A stretch of DNA of 44,659 bases from Nitrospinota bacterium (GCA_038108555.1 JAYNIA010000019.1:1-44659), one strand, 5' to 3'. Positions 1 through 9,127 are shown, counted from the stretch's first letter. The notes: generated by a model from the letters alone, not told the origin. Program-made: numbers and translations.

Positions 1-158
1 ATTTGGTTACCTGGTAAAATCAATTGCTTGACAGTTTTTAAAGCCTCTTTGGTGGCCAATTCCATACAACCTCTTATTCCAATATATTTATCGCGAAGGT
101 TAAGAATAGTTCCATCTTCCATTAAATTGTCCTTAACCAGATCATCAATTTTGCTCAT
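1..158 (-). CDS. N-terminal part of a probable leucine-rich repeat protein (runs off the window start)
   Basis: Manual translation from ATG at 158: MSKIDDLVKDNLMEDGTILNLRDKYIGIRGCMELATKEALKTVKQLILPGNQ..., with LxLxxxxIGxxG and LxLxxN patterns of RI/GALA-type LRRs; CAGGAG RBS upstream. Confidence 0.6.
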   Translation of the reverse strand, partial: MSKIDDLVKDNLMEDGTILNLRDKYIGIRGCMELATKEALKTVKQLILPGNQ

Positions 159-224
159 TTTTTTCTCCTGAAAGTATAAGACAGGCTGATGATATCAGAT
201 TGTTATTAATTTTGTCGAGCAGGC

Positions 225-263
225 AAAAAAAATGCCGGCTCTGCAACAAGGCAGAACCGGCAT
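225..263 (-). terminator. Rho-independent terminator of the bd-like oxidase/cytochrome c operon
   Basis: Minus strand reads ATGCCGGTTCTGC-CTTGTT-GCAGAGCCGGCAT followed by a T run: a 13-bp stem with one G-U pair, just after the stop at 277. Confidence 0.85.
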
Positions 264-276
264 AATAAACTAAACT

Positions 277-1539
277 TTATAGAAGTGGATCAAGAAATAA
301 CCCATCTGTTTTCCATTTTTCAATTTCTTCTTTAGTCGGTACAGGCGGAACGGGTCTTTTCGCTGTCCGCTTATCGAGAGGATCATGGAAGGTTCGGGCA
401 TAGGCCTCTGCTTTCCATAAGTAAAGATGCTCAAATATCATGCCCCAGGGTGCCATCGGAGTGTTGTCCACACCACGAGTTACCCGCTTGTACCAAAGCG
501 CATCCGGCCAGTCTTTAAGCGGGACTCCATCCAGCCTATCTGGCATCTTATCGGTGTCAGGATTGTTCTCATTTCTGAAATCTAGAGCACCTGTCATCAT
601 GGGAATTCCGTCTTTACCATGGCAAACTGCACAATTCAGACCCTCTGTGTTTGGTTCTAAACCTTCAAATACCACTTTCCCTTCTTCAATAATTTTGGGA
701 TCGTCCCACCAAGTCCATTGACTTCCCAATTTACCTTCAACCGGCATATGAGTCGGATCACGCATGGTTTTTAAATAAGCAACCAACGCTGTTAATTCAT
801 CATCGGAGAGATCGTCTCCGTAGTAGGTTGGCATGGCTTTTACAGATTTTGGATCATCAAAACCGGGAGATTGTTTCTTTCTAGGCTCCAGGATTTGCTC
901 TTTTATGTAGTCGCTGGAGTATAGGCCAATTTGTTTGGTACCTAGATTGGGGCCTCGATCTGAGTTTCCTTCCCAGAAAACCTTGTGGCAATTAAAACAT
1001 TTGTTATTTTCAAAAACTTCACGACCTGCAGCAATAACCTCCGGTCCTGCCGCATCTCCACCGATTTTAAGAGGTGGTTTATTGAGTTTTGCCAGCTCGA
1101 ACTCTGGATCAAACTGGGGTAACTGTGCTGTTACAGTAATGAAAATACCTGATGCAAGTGCATAGGTAGCCAATAGACGCATGACCCAGGTGGATGCTTT
1201 TTTCTCTACGGTTAATGTTTTCCAATCAAGAAGTGTGAAGAAAAGGAATCCAACCAGGGCAAACGAAACAAATTCTATTTGCCACCATACTGGGAAGTTG
1301 AATTTGCCTGCTACTACCCAGATGATCCCAGCCAAAACCAAAATAACCGGGAGCTTGAATTTGATATTTTGAAAAAGAGATTTTTCCTGAGGTTTCTTTG
1401 GAGAAACTTTGAGCAGAATGGCATACATAATAATGAGGGCTATTCCACAGCCGGCTCCTATTACACCAAAAATATTAAACAGGGCATATAGGGCACTCAG
1501 TACTGCTATGCAGCCAATAATGATAACGTCAATATTCAT
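277..1539 (-). CDS. Membrane-anchored diheme cytochrome c, partner of the bd-like oxidase
   Basis: About 5 N-terminal TM segments; two heme motifs CFNCH and CAVCH, each followed by a candidate distal Met (MPTY, MAPW); GPNL after heme 1. Confidence 0.85.
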   Translation of the reverse strand: MNIDVIIIGCIAVLSALYALFNIFGVIGAGCGIALIIMYAILLKVSPKKPQEKSLFQNIKFKLPVILVLAGIIWVVAGKFNFPVWWQIEFVSFALVGFLFFTLLDWKTLTVEKKASTWVMRLLATYALASGIFITVTAQLPQFDPEFELAKLNKPPLKIGGDAAGPEVIAAGREVFENNKCFNCHKVFWEGNSDRGPNLGTKQIGLYSSDYIKEQILEPRKKQSPGFDDPKSVKAMPTYYGDDLSDDELTALVAYLKTMRDPTHMPVEGKLGSQWTWWDDPKIIEEGKVVFEGLEPNTEGLNCAVCHGKDGIPMMTGALDFRNENNPDTDKMPDRLDGVPLKDWPDALWYKRVTRGVDNTPMAPWGMIFEHLYLWKAEAYARTFHDPLDKRTAKRPVPPVPTKEEIEKWKTDGLFLDPLL

Positions 1540-1554
1540 TAAAATTCTACTCCC

Positions 1555-3654
1555 TTATTCAGCCATCTGCGGTGCTGCCGCAGGCGTTTCAGCATCTTTC
1601 TTTTTAGTTTTTGGATACTTGATTCCTATCCAAATGATAGCTGTCATTAAAATAAAGAATGTCCATACTATCGTAGTCACATGAAAACCTGATTCAGCAA
1701 GTGTTGGTGCAAACTTTTCGGGGCTGACATCTTTATAAATTTTATAGACATGCCAGTTCATTCGCGAAAGCTCCCGAATGGTACCCATCCAGCTCATCAA
1801 CCAAATGTCCGCAAAACCAAGGAAAATAAGTACGTATGGCCCTAAGGGGTTGATTTTCCCATAAGCCACTTTACCGGTTTTGGTAGCGATAGTATAAAAA
1901 ATGTAATTGATGAAGGTTACCGTCACCAGACAGAATGCTGCTGTATTTTTTGATACCATCAATGCCAGAAACGCCAGGTTATCTGGAAGCACCATATCCG
2001 CATTCATTCCGGGTTCAGGCATCATCGTGGCAAAGAATCGCCGCGGGGTGAACCAGATGGTTGCTGCAAGAACGATAAGAACAAATCCGAATTTCATGGC
2101 GGGAAAGAACCGCTCAGCATTTTCTATACGTTTCATACTAACCCACATATAGATATTACTGGCACTAAACATTGTTCCCACTAAAAGTCCCTGTACCAGC
2201 ATGAACATGGATTCCCGGTCAGACATGATGTACATGCCGATCGTTGCATCGTATTGGTAGATTTCCCTAACGAAGATGTAACCCATAGCTGGGAGAGGAA
2301 TCATGATAGCTACACCAATCAGGTTCCCGATGTAACCAACCCAATCGTAGTATTCTCGTTCTTCTTTTTTGCTGGACCACAGGTACATATAAGCACCGAT
2401 GATACAAACCATGTATCCGCCAAATGTTCCATTACCCACCAGTCGGTGATAGTTCAGGGGCATCCAGGCCGCATTGGCTATTTTCGCCCATTCCCCTATA
2501 TTCATTAGCTCATCGTAGGGCTTGGGAGGTGTCTGCATGAATGTCGCCGGACCATCCAGGGCTACCAGTAGTGACAGACCTAGAATGTTCAGTATGACTC
2601 CGGTAACAATATGTCTTCCTTTTTTATTGGCTTTATTCAGGGGATCCCAGGAATATACATAGACATACATCACTATGGTTTCCAGAATGAATAGGGTGGG
2701 GTAGGCCACCATGAATAGTACTGGAAAAGATTGAATGAGGTATGTAATGAAATCCTTGTAAGCGACCAGCATTACGAAAAGGAAGAGGCCGCCAGAGAGG
2801 GCTGTAAAACTGTAACAGATGCCGATAACCTTGGTGATTTCATGCGAGAGCCGTTCGAATTTGTAATCGGACTTCGCAAACATAATTCCATTTGAAAGGA
2901 CACCACCTACGGCACCGTTGATTATGGCAAGGATGATTCCTGATGTTTCGTAGTGTTCCACCGGAGTCAAAGCCATGGCCATGACTGATCCCGCGATGGC
3001 ACCTACCAGGGCCGACGCACGGAGGCTCATTAAACGATGGAAATAGTTCAGGAAGCTTACGAACAGGGCTCCAATAGAACAAGCCCACATGCCATATAGC
3101 ACCCCGTGATGAATGCCTACAATTATCTCGCCGGTTATACCTATGACAACCCCTATTAAAACCCCGAGAAATACGTTTGATAGTATGATCGCTCTACGCA
3201 CCCCTTGCGTCCGTCTGGCACCCATGACCTCCATGATGACAACGAACATGGGACATCCCAGGATAAAGGATGCGAATAAAATATGTAGCTGGGCTGCGGC
3301 CCAGGTAAATTTCCTGTTGCTCAGGCCAAGGAAGGAGAATTCTTCAAATTCATGCTCTTTAGCAGGGCCAATATCGTAAAGGTAGGAAAGATCTTCCTCT
3401 TCAGATCCTTCTTCCCCGCCTTCTTCAGCTCCCTCTTCACTACCTTCTTCTCCGCCACCATCTTCCTCTTCTTCATCCTCGTCCTCTTCGTCTTCATCAT
3501 CTTCTTCTGCATAGGCTAAAGATTGAAGGCTTAAATTTGAGAAAACGGAATTTGATGAAACGGGTAGGAAAGGGGATACATGACCTAATAGGTAAACCAA
3601 CATCAGGCAGAGTATCGTTTTTACAAACGTGTTTTTTGAAGAATCCTGGCTCAT
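1555..3654 (-). CDS. Cytochrome bd-like (CydA-like) terminal oxidase subunit, Nitrospina/Nitrospira type
   Basis: Polytopic protein; QLHILF (His19-equivalent), FMQTP, YHRL (His186-equivalent) and WMGTIRELSRMNWHV (counterpart of the GWxxxExGRQPW motif); no cydB alongside. Confidence 0.8.
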   Translation of the reverse strand: MSQDSSKNTFVKTILCLMLVYLLGHVSPFLPVSSNSVFSNLSLQSLAYAEEDDEDEEDEDEEEEDGGGEEGSEEGAEEGGEEGSEEEDLSYLYDIGPAKEHEFEEFSFLGLSNRKFTWAAAQLHILFASFILGCPMFVVIMEVMGARRTQGVRRAIILSNVFLGVLIGVVIGITGEIIVGIHHGVLYGMWACSIGALFVSFLNYFHRLMSLRASALVGAIAGSVMAMALTPVEHYETSGIILAIINGAVGGVLSNGIMFAKSDYKFERLSHEITKVIGICYSFTALSGGLFLFVMLVAYKDFITYLIQSFPVLFMVAYPTLFILETIVMYVYVYSWDPLNKANKKGRHIVTGVILNILGLSLLVALDGPATFMQTPPKPYDELMNIGEWAKIANAAWMPLNYHRLVGNGTFGGYMVCIIGAYMYLWSSKKEEREYYDWVGYIGNLIGVAIMIPLPAMGYIFVREIYQYDATIGMYIMSDRESMFMLVQGLLVGTMFSASNIYMWVSMKRIENAERFFPAMKFGFVLIVLAATIWFTPRRFFATMMPEPGMNADMVLPDNLAFLALMVSKNTAAFCLVTVTFINYIFYTIATKTGKVAYGKINPLGPYVLIFLGFADIWLMSWMGTIRELSRMNWHVYKIYKDVSPEKFAPTLAESGFHVTTIVWTFFILMTAIIWIGIKYPKTKKKDAETPAAAPQMAE

Positions 3655-3868
3655 TTACTCCCCTGGAAAAATTCTAAATAGGTCACATTAAAATTCTATA
3701 AAATCTTTGTTCTCCAAGCCTTTCCGACAGCAAAGGATTTGAAGAAAGTAGAGAAATATCATACGGGTAATATAAAGTCAAGGAGACTTTAAAAGGCGTT
3801 AGAAATAGAGGATTTTGGGGGAAATTAGGGAAGAAAAGGTCGGTTGTGGGTGAAAACGGTACTCTGGG

Positions 3869-4063
3869 TTATTCTTCCGAGTCCCTGGCTATATCCAGAG
3901 GCATAATGGTCATTGCGAACCCCATTGCCGAACTGAAAACCGATAAAAGGCCCACAAATATTTGAGGCCATTCTGATTGGATGTATTTTACGGACCAGAC
4001 AAATAGAACCCCGCCAATTAGCATCAACAGAATACCCAGGGCTCTTAATTTCCATCCGTTCAT
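3869..4063 (-). CDS. Small 2-TM membrane protein
   Basis: 64 aa with two hydrophobic helices; ATGA overlap with the upstream gene suggests translational coupling. Confidence 0.65.
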   Translation of the reverse strand: MNGWKLRALGILLMLIGGVLFVWSVKYIQSEWPQIFVGLLSVFSSAMGFAMTIMPLDIARDSEE

Positions 4064-4347
4064 TTTTCGGTCCCGCCTCCTGCCAGGGCTTTTTTCTTCT
4101 TATCGATAAGAATTAAATTTCTGATGTAAATGATTGACCCCAGGCTTTGGCCCACAATGAAAACGGGGTCTTGCCGGTGAACGGCATAGGTTAGTAAAAC
4201 GATTGAACCGCCGATACTGCAATACCAAAACGCAAGAGGGATGGTGCTTTCTCCCCGCCTTTCGGAAACAATCCATTGGATAATGAATCGAGCGCCAAAC
4301 AGGGCTTGCCCAACAAACCCGATTATCATCCACTGTGTTACGGTCAT
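4060..4347 (-). CDS. Lipid A biosynthesis N-terminal (LAB_N) domain membrane protein
   Basis: IGFVGQALFGARFIIQWIVSE...SxIPLAFWYCSIGG...YAVHRQDPVFIVGQ is the LAB_N signature. Confidence 0.85.
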   Translation of the reverse strand: MTVTQWMIIGFVGQALFGARFIIQWIVSERRGESTIPLAFWYCSIGGSIVLLTYAVHRQDPVFIVGQSLGSIIYIRNLILIDKKKKALAGGGTEK

Positions 4348-5079
4348 CTAATCCTCCTGAATAATGTCATAGTTAATATGTCTCTTTTTCATCCAGCGAA
4401 TTGCCATCAAATCATGTAGTGATGAAAATAGCCGGTTGCGAATATTATATTTTGATACTCCGTGAAGCCGCGGATGGTGACTGACTTTCACTTGGGTAAC
4501 CCTGAAACCTTCCATTTTCATTAATGTGGGAAAGAACCGGTGCATCCCTTTAAATAACTTTACATTGTCAAAACATTCACGACGAAAGGCTTTCAGGGAA
4601 CACCCGGTGTCTGCAATTTCTTCCTGACTCAGGCTGTTTCTCACTGCGTTGCCAACCTTTGAGGATACGCGTTTGATCCAGGGATCATTTCTTTTAAATC
4701 GCCAACCGCAAACTACATCGAACTCTTCCATTTTTTCAAGAAGCAGGGGGATATCTGCAGGATTGTTCTGCATATCCGCATCCAAAGTGATGAAAACTTT
4801 TCCTCGTGCTGCTTTGAATCCGGCTGCAAAGGCGGCGGATTGTCCATGGTTGTGACCAAACCGGATCAGTTTGATTCGCGGGTTTTGTTTTTTAATTGCA
4901 TTGATGATATGTGGGCTTCCATCCACACTTCCATCATCCACCAGAATAATTTCATAGCTGAGCTGTAATTTGGATAATTCTTCCTCCAACTTTTTTTCCA
5001 AGGGAACCAGATTATCGCGTTCGTTATAGACCGGAATTACAATAGACAGGTCCAGATCAGAGGTGGATGTGGTTTGCAT
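4348..5079 (-). CDS. Glycosyltransferase family 2 (polyprenol-phosphate glycosyltransferase, DPM/ArnC-like)
   Basis: SIVIPVYNE, VDDGSVD, GQSAA, LDADMQN, DTGCSLKAFRR, HRFFP. Confidence 0.9.
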   Translation of the reverse strand: MQTTSTSDLDLSIVIPVYNERDNLVPLEKKLEEELSKLQLSYEIILVDDGSVDGSPHIINAIKKQNPRIKLIRFGHNHGQSAAFAAGFKAARGKVFITLDADMQNNPADIPLLLEKMEEFDVVCGWRFKRNDPWIKRVSSKVGNAVRNSLSQEEIADTGCSLKAFRRECFDNVKLFKGMHRFFPTLMKMEGFRVTQVKVSHHPRLHGVSKYNIRNRLFSSLHDLMAIRWMKKRHINYDIIQED

Positions 5080-5087
5080 AAGCGATG

Positions 5088-6140
5088 CTATACGTAGCTG
5101 GGTTTTTGAGATTCTGCAGCCAACTGGCCACAGGCACCAAGAATGTCAGTGGCTCGGTTTTGTCGAATAAAGGCAGAAAAATTTTGCGCTATTAAATAAT
5201 CCTGAAACTTGAATGTCTGCTTCTCCGGGGGTGGCCGGTAATCAGATGATTCAAATGAATTGAATGGAATTAAATTGATCTTGCAGGGAATGCCTTTTAA
5301 CCATTTGGCCAGTCGGCGTGCATCTTCGTCCGAATCATTGATCCCTTCCAATAAAACATACTCAATGGTGTGTCGGCGCTGGGGCTTTAGAGGATAGTTT
5401 CTCAAACATTCCATTAAAGTTTTAATCGGATACTTTTTGTTGATGGGCATAAGCTGATTTCGCGTCTCATCATCGGTTGCGTTGAGTGAAATTGCCAGGT
5501 TGATATGGATATCTTCTTTTTGAAAATCCTTGATTTTATCAACAAGACCCGAGGTCGAAACCGTTACCTTGCGTGTAGACATGCGCATGGCTTCGGGGGC
5601 TGTCATGAGCCTTAATGCATCGACCACAGGGCCTAAATTGTCCAAGGGTTCACCCATCCCCATGAATACCACATTGGTAATTGCACCTTCTTCGCCCAAG
5701 TCCTCATTGATTGTCATTACTTGCCCAATGATTTCTCCAGCAGTCAGATTTCTTTTTAATCCCAAACTTGCAGTCAGGCAGAACGAGCAATTGAGCCTGC
5801 AACCGACCTGAGTGGATAGACATAAAGTCTTCCTTGAGTCCGAGGGCATCCAAACACTTTCGACCAATGCTCCATCATTCATTTTTAATAAATATTTGAT
5901 AGACCCATCCTGTGAATGAGTTTTATTTTGAACTTCAGGTAACGAGAAATAAAAGTGGTCCGCAAGTTGCGCCCGCATAACTTTGGACAGGTTGGTCATT
6001 TGGGAAAAATCCCGACATCCGTAATGATAAACCCAGTTGAATATCTGGTGAATCCGGTAGGGTTTCCAATCGGCAAACCTCTCCCTCAAAAAGGCCTCTG
6101 AGGTGCCGATAAAATTTAGTTTGTTTCCTTCCACATCCAT
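5088..6140 (-). CDS. rlmN: Dual-specificity RNA methyltransferase RlmN (radical SAM)
   Basis: CLSTQVGCRLNCSFC, VFMGMGEP, INLIPFN, GACGQL. Start placed at MDVEG (6140); the ORF extends to 6191. Confidence 0.93.
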   Translation of the reverse strand: MDVEGNKLNFIGTSEAFLRERFADWKPYRIHQIFNWVYHYGCRDFSQMTNLSKVMRAQLADHFYFSLPEVQNKTHSQDGSIKYLLKMNDGALVESVWMPSDSRKTLCLSTQVGCRLNCSFCLTASLGLKRNLTAGEIIGQVMTINEDLGEEGAITNVVFMGMGEPLDNLGPVVDALRLMTAPEAMRMSTRKVTVSTSGLVDKIKDFQKEDIHINLAISLNATDDETRNQLMPINKKYPIKTLMECLRNYPLKPQRRHTIEYVLLEGINDSDEDARRLAKWLKGIPCKINLIPFNSFESSDYRPPPEKQTFKFQDYLIAQNFSAFIRQNRATDILGACGQLAAESQKPSYV

Positions 6141-6409
6141 ATTTGAATTAAAATCCCGGGATTGACGGACTTTATTAAACGCTTTATTCATTGAGGTATA
6201 GGCAAATATTTCCCATGGTCATGCCCTTTAACTTTTTCCGGTTTAACTATAACTCATTGAAAATTAATAAACTATAAATTTTCTGTCAATTTGGAAGATT
6301 TTTCCTGATTGCAACCCGTATAAAAAAGCGATAATTTGATATCTTATTGAAAAATAATGTGTCTCCAAAATACTGGGTTTTGGCACACTTCCTGAACTCA
6401 GGAGAGTTT

Positions 6410-7168
6410 ATGCAGATTACCAAATGCTTTGAAATTTTGCAGGTGGAGTCCGATGCTCCCTGGCAGGTGGTAAAGAAATCTTACTATACCCTAGCCAAAA
6501 AGTTGCACCCGGATGTCAACACTGTATGTCCAGATGCTGAGTTGAAATTTAAAGAAATCAACCAGGCATTTCAAGTCTTACGGACCCATTTTCGCAGACC
6601 TTCTGAAGAGGCATTGGTAAAAGTAGATACCTCTCGCAATACCTGGAATGCATTATGGCAATCTCTCCGGAAGAACCCAAGGCTAATAAAATGGAAAGAG
6701 GATTTCACCGAAGCTCTGATCAAACTGGATACTCTTATCTTCAATTTGAATATTCATAAAAAAGTTCAAGTTCCTATCACCGCTAAAAACTCCGGTGCCA
6801 GTATCCATATGAAAGCAGGCCGGGAAAAATTTGATGTAAAAATTCCTGCAGGTGATTGGAGTCAGATGTCACTTTGCATTCCAGGAAAAGGGGAAACTAG
6901 TTTATTCAGTAAGAGACGGGGCGATCTTATTCTTAATCTGCAAATCCTCAAAAACGAAACTGTGACTTCAGGAGAATCGAGTCTTTTTTACGAAATGGAT
7001 ATCGATAGAAACAAACTGGGCCGGGTAATGACCCTCAATTCTTCTGAAGGTCCTATCCGATTTGTGTTGCCGGGAAATACAGTCGATGGGCAAACCTTTT
7101 GCCTGAAATCGCGACTGGGTTCGAGGCAAAAACATATTCTGAAAGTAAAACTGGTCTCACCAATTTAA
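6410..7168 (+). CDS. J-domain protein with a DnaJ C-terminal-like region
   Basis: CFEILQV...YYTLAKKLHPD...FKEINQAFQVL J-domain; IPGKG...RGDLIL resembles DnaJ_C; GGAGAG RBS before the ATG at 6410. Confidence 0.8.
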   Translation: MQITKCFEILQVESDAPWQVVKKSYYTLAKKLHPDVNTVCPDAELKFKEINQAFQVLRTHFRRPSEEALVKVDTSRNTWNALWQSLRKNPRLIKWKEDFTEALIKLDTLIFNLNIHKKVQVPITAKNSGASIHMKAGREKFDVKIPAGDWSQMSLCIPGKGETSLFSKRRGDLILNLQILKNETVTSGESSLFYEMDIDRNKLGRVMTLNSSEGPIRFVLPGNTVDGQTFCLKSRLGSRQKHILKVKLVSPI

Positions 7169-7941
7169 GAATAGGTGGCAAGGGTATAAACCATGACCCC
7201 ACCCCCAATAAAAGCAATCACCAAAGTACAGGCCATAAGACTCATTAAGGAAGGTTGGGTCGGCTCTTTCTTTTCCTTAAATATCCATTTTATTCCCAGG
7301 ATAATTGAAATAACAGATAGTACCAGCGAAGCCCAGGTGAATTGGGAAATTTGAGAGCTGAATACTATATTCTTGTGCATTTTTCCAAGAACCGCAATGG
7401 ACCACCCCAAAGGAACCAGGCAAAACAGGTAAGCCCCCAGAAGAGAGTTGTTGTCCGGGTTTTTGAAACGAGAAATAAAGCGCAAGCCAAGAAAAAGCAT
7501 GCCGGCCATCATTATCCATGCAGTCATGTCACTTAGGTTTTCTTTTCGCTTTTCTTCACGAATTTGCCTCAAAGCCCCCAATACGTATCGAGAAACTTCA
7601 ACGTCGTCCATTTCATAAAACCCGCCTTGTTTAGTATCGTATGCAAAAACCCGTGCCGAAGTAGATTCGGCTGGCAGGGAAATGGCTCGGTAACCATCTT
7701 TGTCCGCCTGCTCGATTTCCATATAGACTATGCCGGTGTGGTATTTGAAATCATATTTTTCAATTTCAAAGAGTTTGCCAGCGTATCGTTTGTTTTCCTG
7801 ATAGAATTTTTCCTGGACTTCCATGAGATCAAACAGGGCTTGGCGGGCCTGCACATCAGCATCCAACTCAAAAATGTTGGAACAGGAAGTGAGTAAAAGC
7901 AGGGCGCTTACGTAGGTAATGGATCGAAATAATTTAATCAT
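7165..7941 (-). CDS. Putative lipoprotein with a pilin-like domain and three C-terminal TM helices
   Basis: Lipobox-like LLLLTSC; QEKFYQENKRYA; hydrophobic C-terminal half. Confidence 0.6.
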   Translation of the reverse strand: MIKLFRSITYVSALLLLTSCSNIFELDADVQARQALFDLMEVQEKFYQENKRYAGKLFEIEKYDFKYHTGIVYMEIEQADKDGYRAISLPAESTSARVFAYDTKQGGFYEMDDVEVSRYVLGALRQIREEKRKENLSDMTAWIMMAGMLFLGLRFISRFKNPDNNSLLGAYLFCLVPLGWSIAVLGKMHKNIVFSSQISQFTWASLVLSVISIILGIKWIFKEKKEPTQPSLMSLMACTLVIAFIGGGVMVYTLATYS

Positions 7942-8021
7942 GGGGCAAAAAAAAGGTAATTTATACCACGGGATTGTGAGCGGGGCTATATTTAATATTT
8001 TTTAAATAATAGCATTTTGGA

Positions 8022-8582
8022 GTGGGTATGTTTAGTCAATTTAAATTTGTTACCGGAAACCAGAACAAAGCCAGGGAGGCGGCAGCTATTTTAGAAGTTC
8101 CTCTGGAGCAGGTGGAAGTAGAGGGCTTGTATGAAATTCAAACCCTGGATGTTGAAGACCTCGTCAGGCATAAATGCCTGCAAGCATACGAGGCTTTAAA
8201 ATGTCCTGTTCTGGTAGAAGATTCTGGACTTTTATTTAATGCCTGGAAAGGATTGCCGGGAGCTTTTGTTAAATGGTTTGAAAGCACTGTGGGTTGCGAA
8301 GGGATGTTGCAGATGATGCAATCGTTTCAAGACCGGGGGGCTACTGCGGTATGTTGTTTTGCCATTCATGACGGGAGAGATATTCAGGTTGTTCGGGGCG
8401 AGGTGCCGGGAACAATAGCCACCGAGATTCGTGGCGCAAACGGATTTGGCTGGGATGTCCTATTCATCCCCAAAGGTTATGAAAGTACTTATGCGGAAAT
8501 GTCATCGGAAGAAAAAAACGCGATTTCACACCGGAAACAAGCTCTTGAAAAATTAAAGATAATATTGAGGGAGAAAAATTAG
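8022..8582 (+). CDS. rdgB: Non-canonical purine NTP pyrophosphatase (RdgB/HAM1)
   Basis: FVTGNQNK, VEDSGL, GLPG, GFGWD, KNAISHR. Confidence 0.92.
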   Translation: MGMFSQFKFVTGNQNKAREAAAILEVPLEQVEVEGLYEIQTLDVEDLVRHKCLQAYEALKCPVLVEDSGLLFNAWKGLPGAFVKWFESTVGCEGMLQMMQSFQDRGATAVCCFAIHDGRDIQVVRGEVPGTIATEIRGANGFGWDVLFIPKGYESTYAEMSSEEKNAISHRKQALEKLKIILREKN

Positions 8583-8971
8583 GCTACCTTTTTTAGCTGG
8601 TCGAAGAGATGATGAAATGCTTTATGGTATGTCGCCAGTTTTGAATATACGTTGTCTGTATCCTGTTTCGGTTTTTGGTTGATGAGTTGATAGTCGGCAA
8701 CGATTTCTTTCCAGTCTGGGTTGTTCTCCATCCAACCATTTTGAACTGCTGTTTCGAGGCATTGCTCATTCAATTTGCAGGGAATGCTTTTTGACTGAGC
8801 AAAAGTTTGAATTGTTTTAAGCGCTATGTCATAGGTGTGACCGAATCTTTGCAGGGCGGCCCCTTTGAAATAATCGCTTTGCTCCTGTTTTAAAACTTCA
8901 TCCAACCTTTGAAGGTTCCAGTCAAGATGAGTTAGCATTACCTGTGGTTCTGAAGGTGGTGTTTCATTCAT
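8579..8971 (-). CDS. HI0074-like nucleotidyltransferase substrate-binding (HEPN) protein, degenerate
   Basis: ALQRFGHTYDIALK resembles IQRFEFTxELAWK, and AVQNGWM...W resembles the family pattern; the RNxxxHxY motif is absent. Confidence 0.6.
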   Translation of the reverse strand: MNETPPSEPQVMLTHLDWNLQRLDEVLKQEQSDYFKGAALQRFGHTYDIALKTIQTFAQSKSIPCKLNEQCLETAVQNGWMENNPDWKEIVADYQLINQKPKQDTDNVYSKLATYHKAFHHLFDQLKKVA

Positions 8972-9127
8972 TAGGTTGGTTCCAAAATTAAAATCTCATT
9001 ATAACAACAGGAGACTTGCGAAATACAACTTTTGCCCATTGCCTTTTTATCAGGTGTAATGATATTTTAGTTGAAAAAAATTTGGACTATTTTTTGTTCA
9101 TATTCAATCTGAATTTAATGGCCCTCT

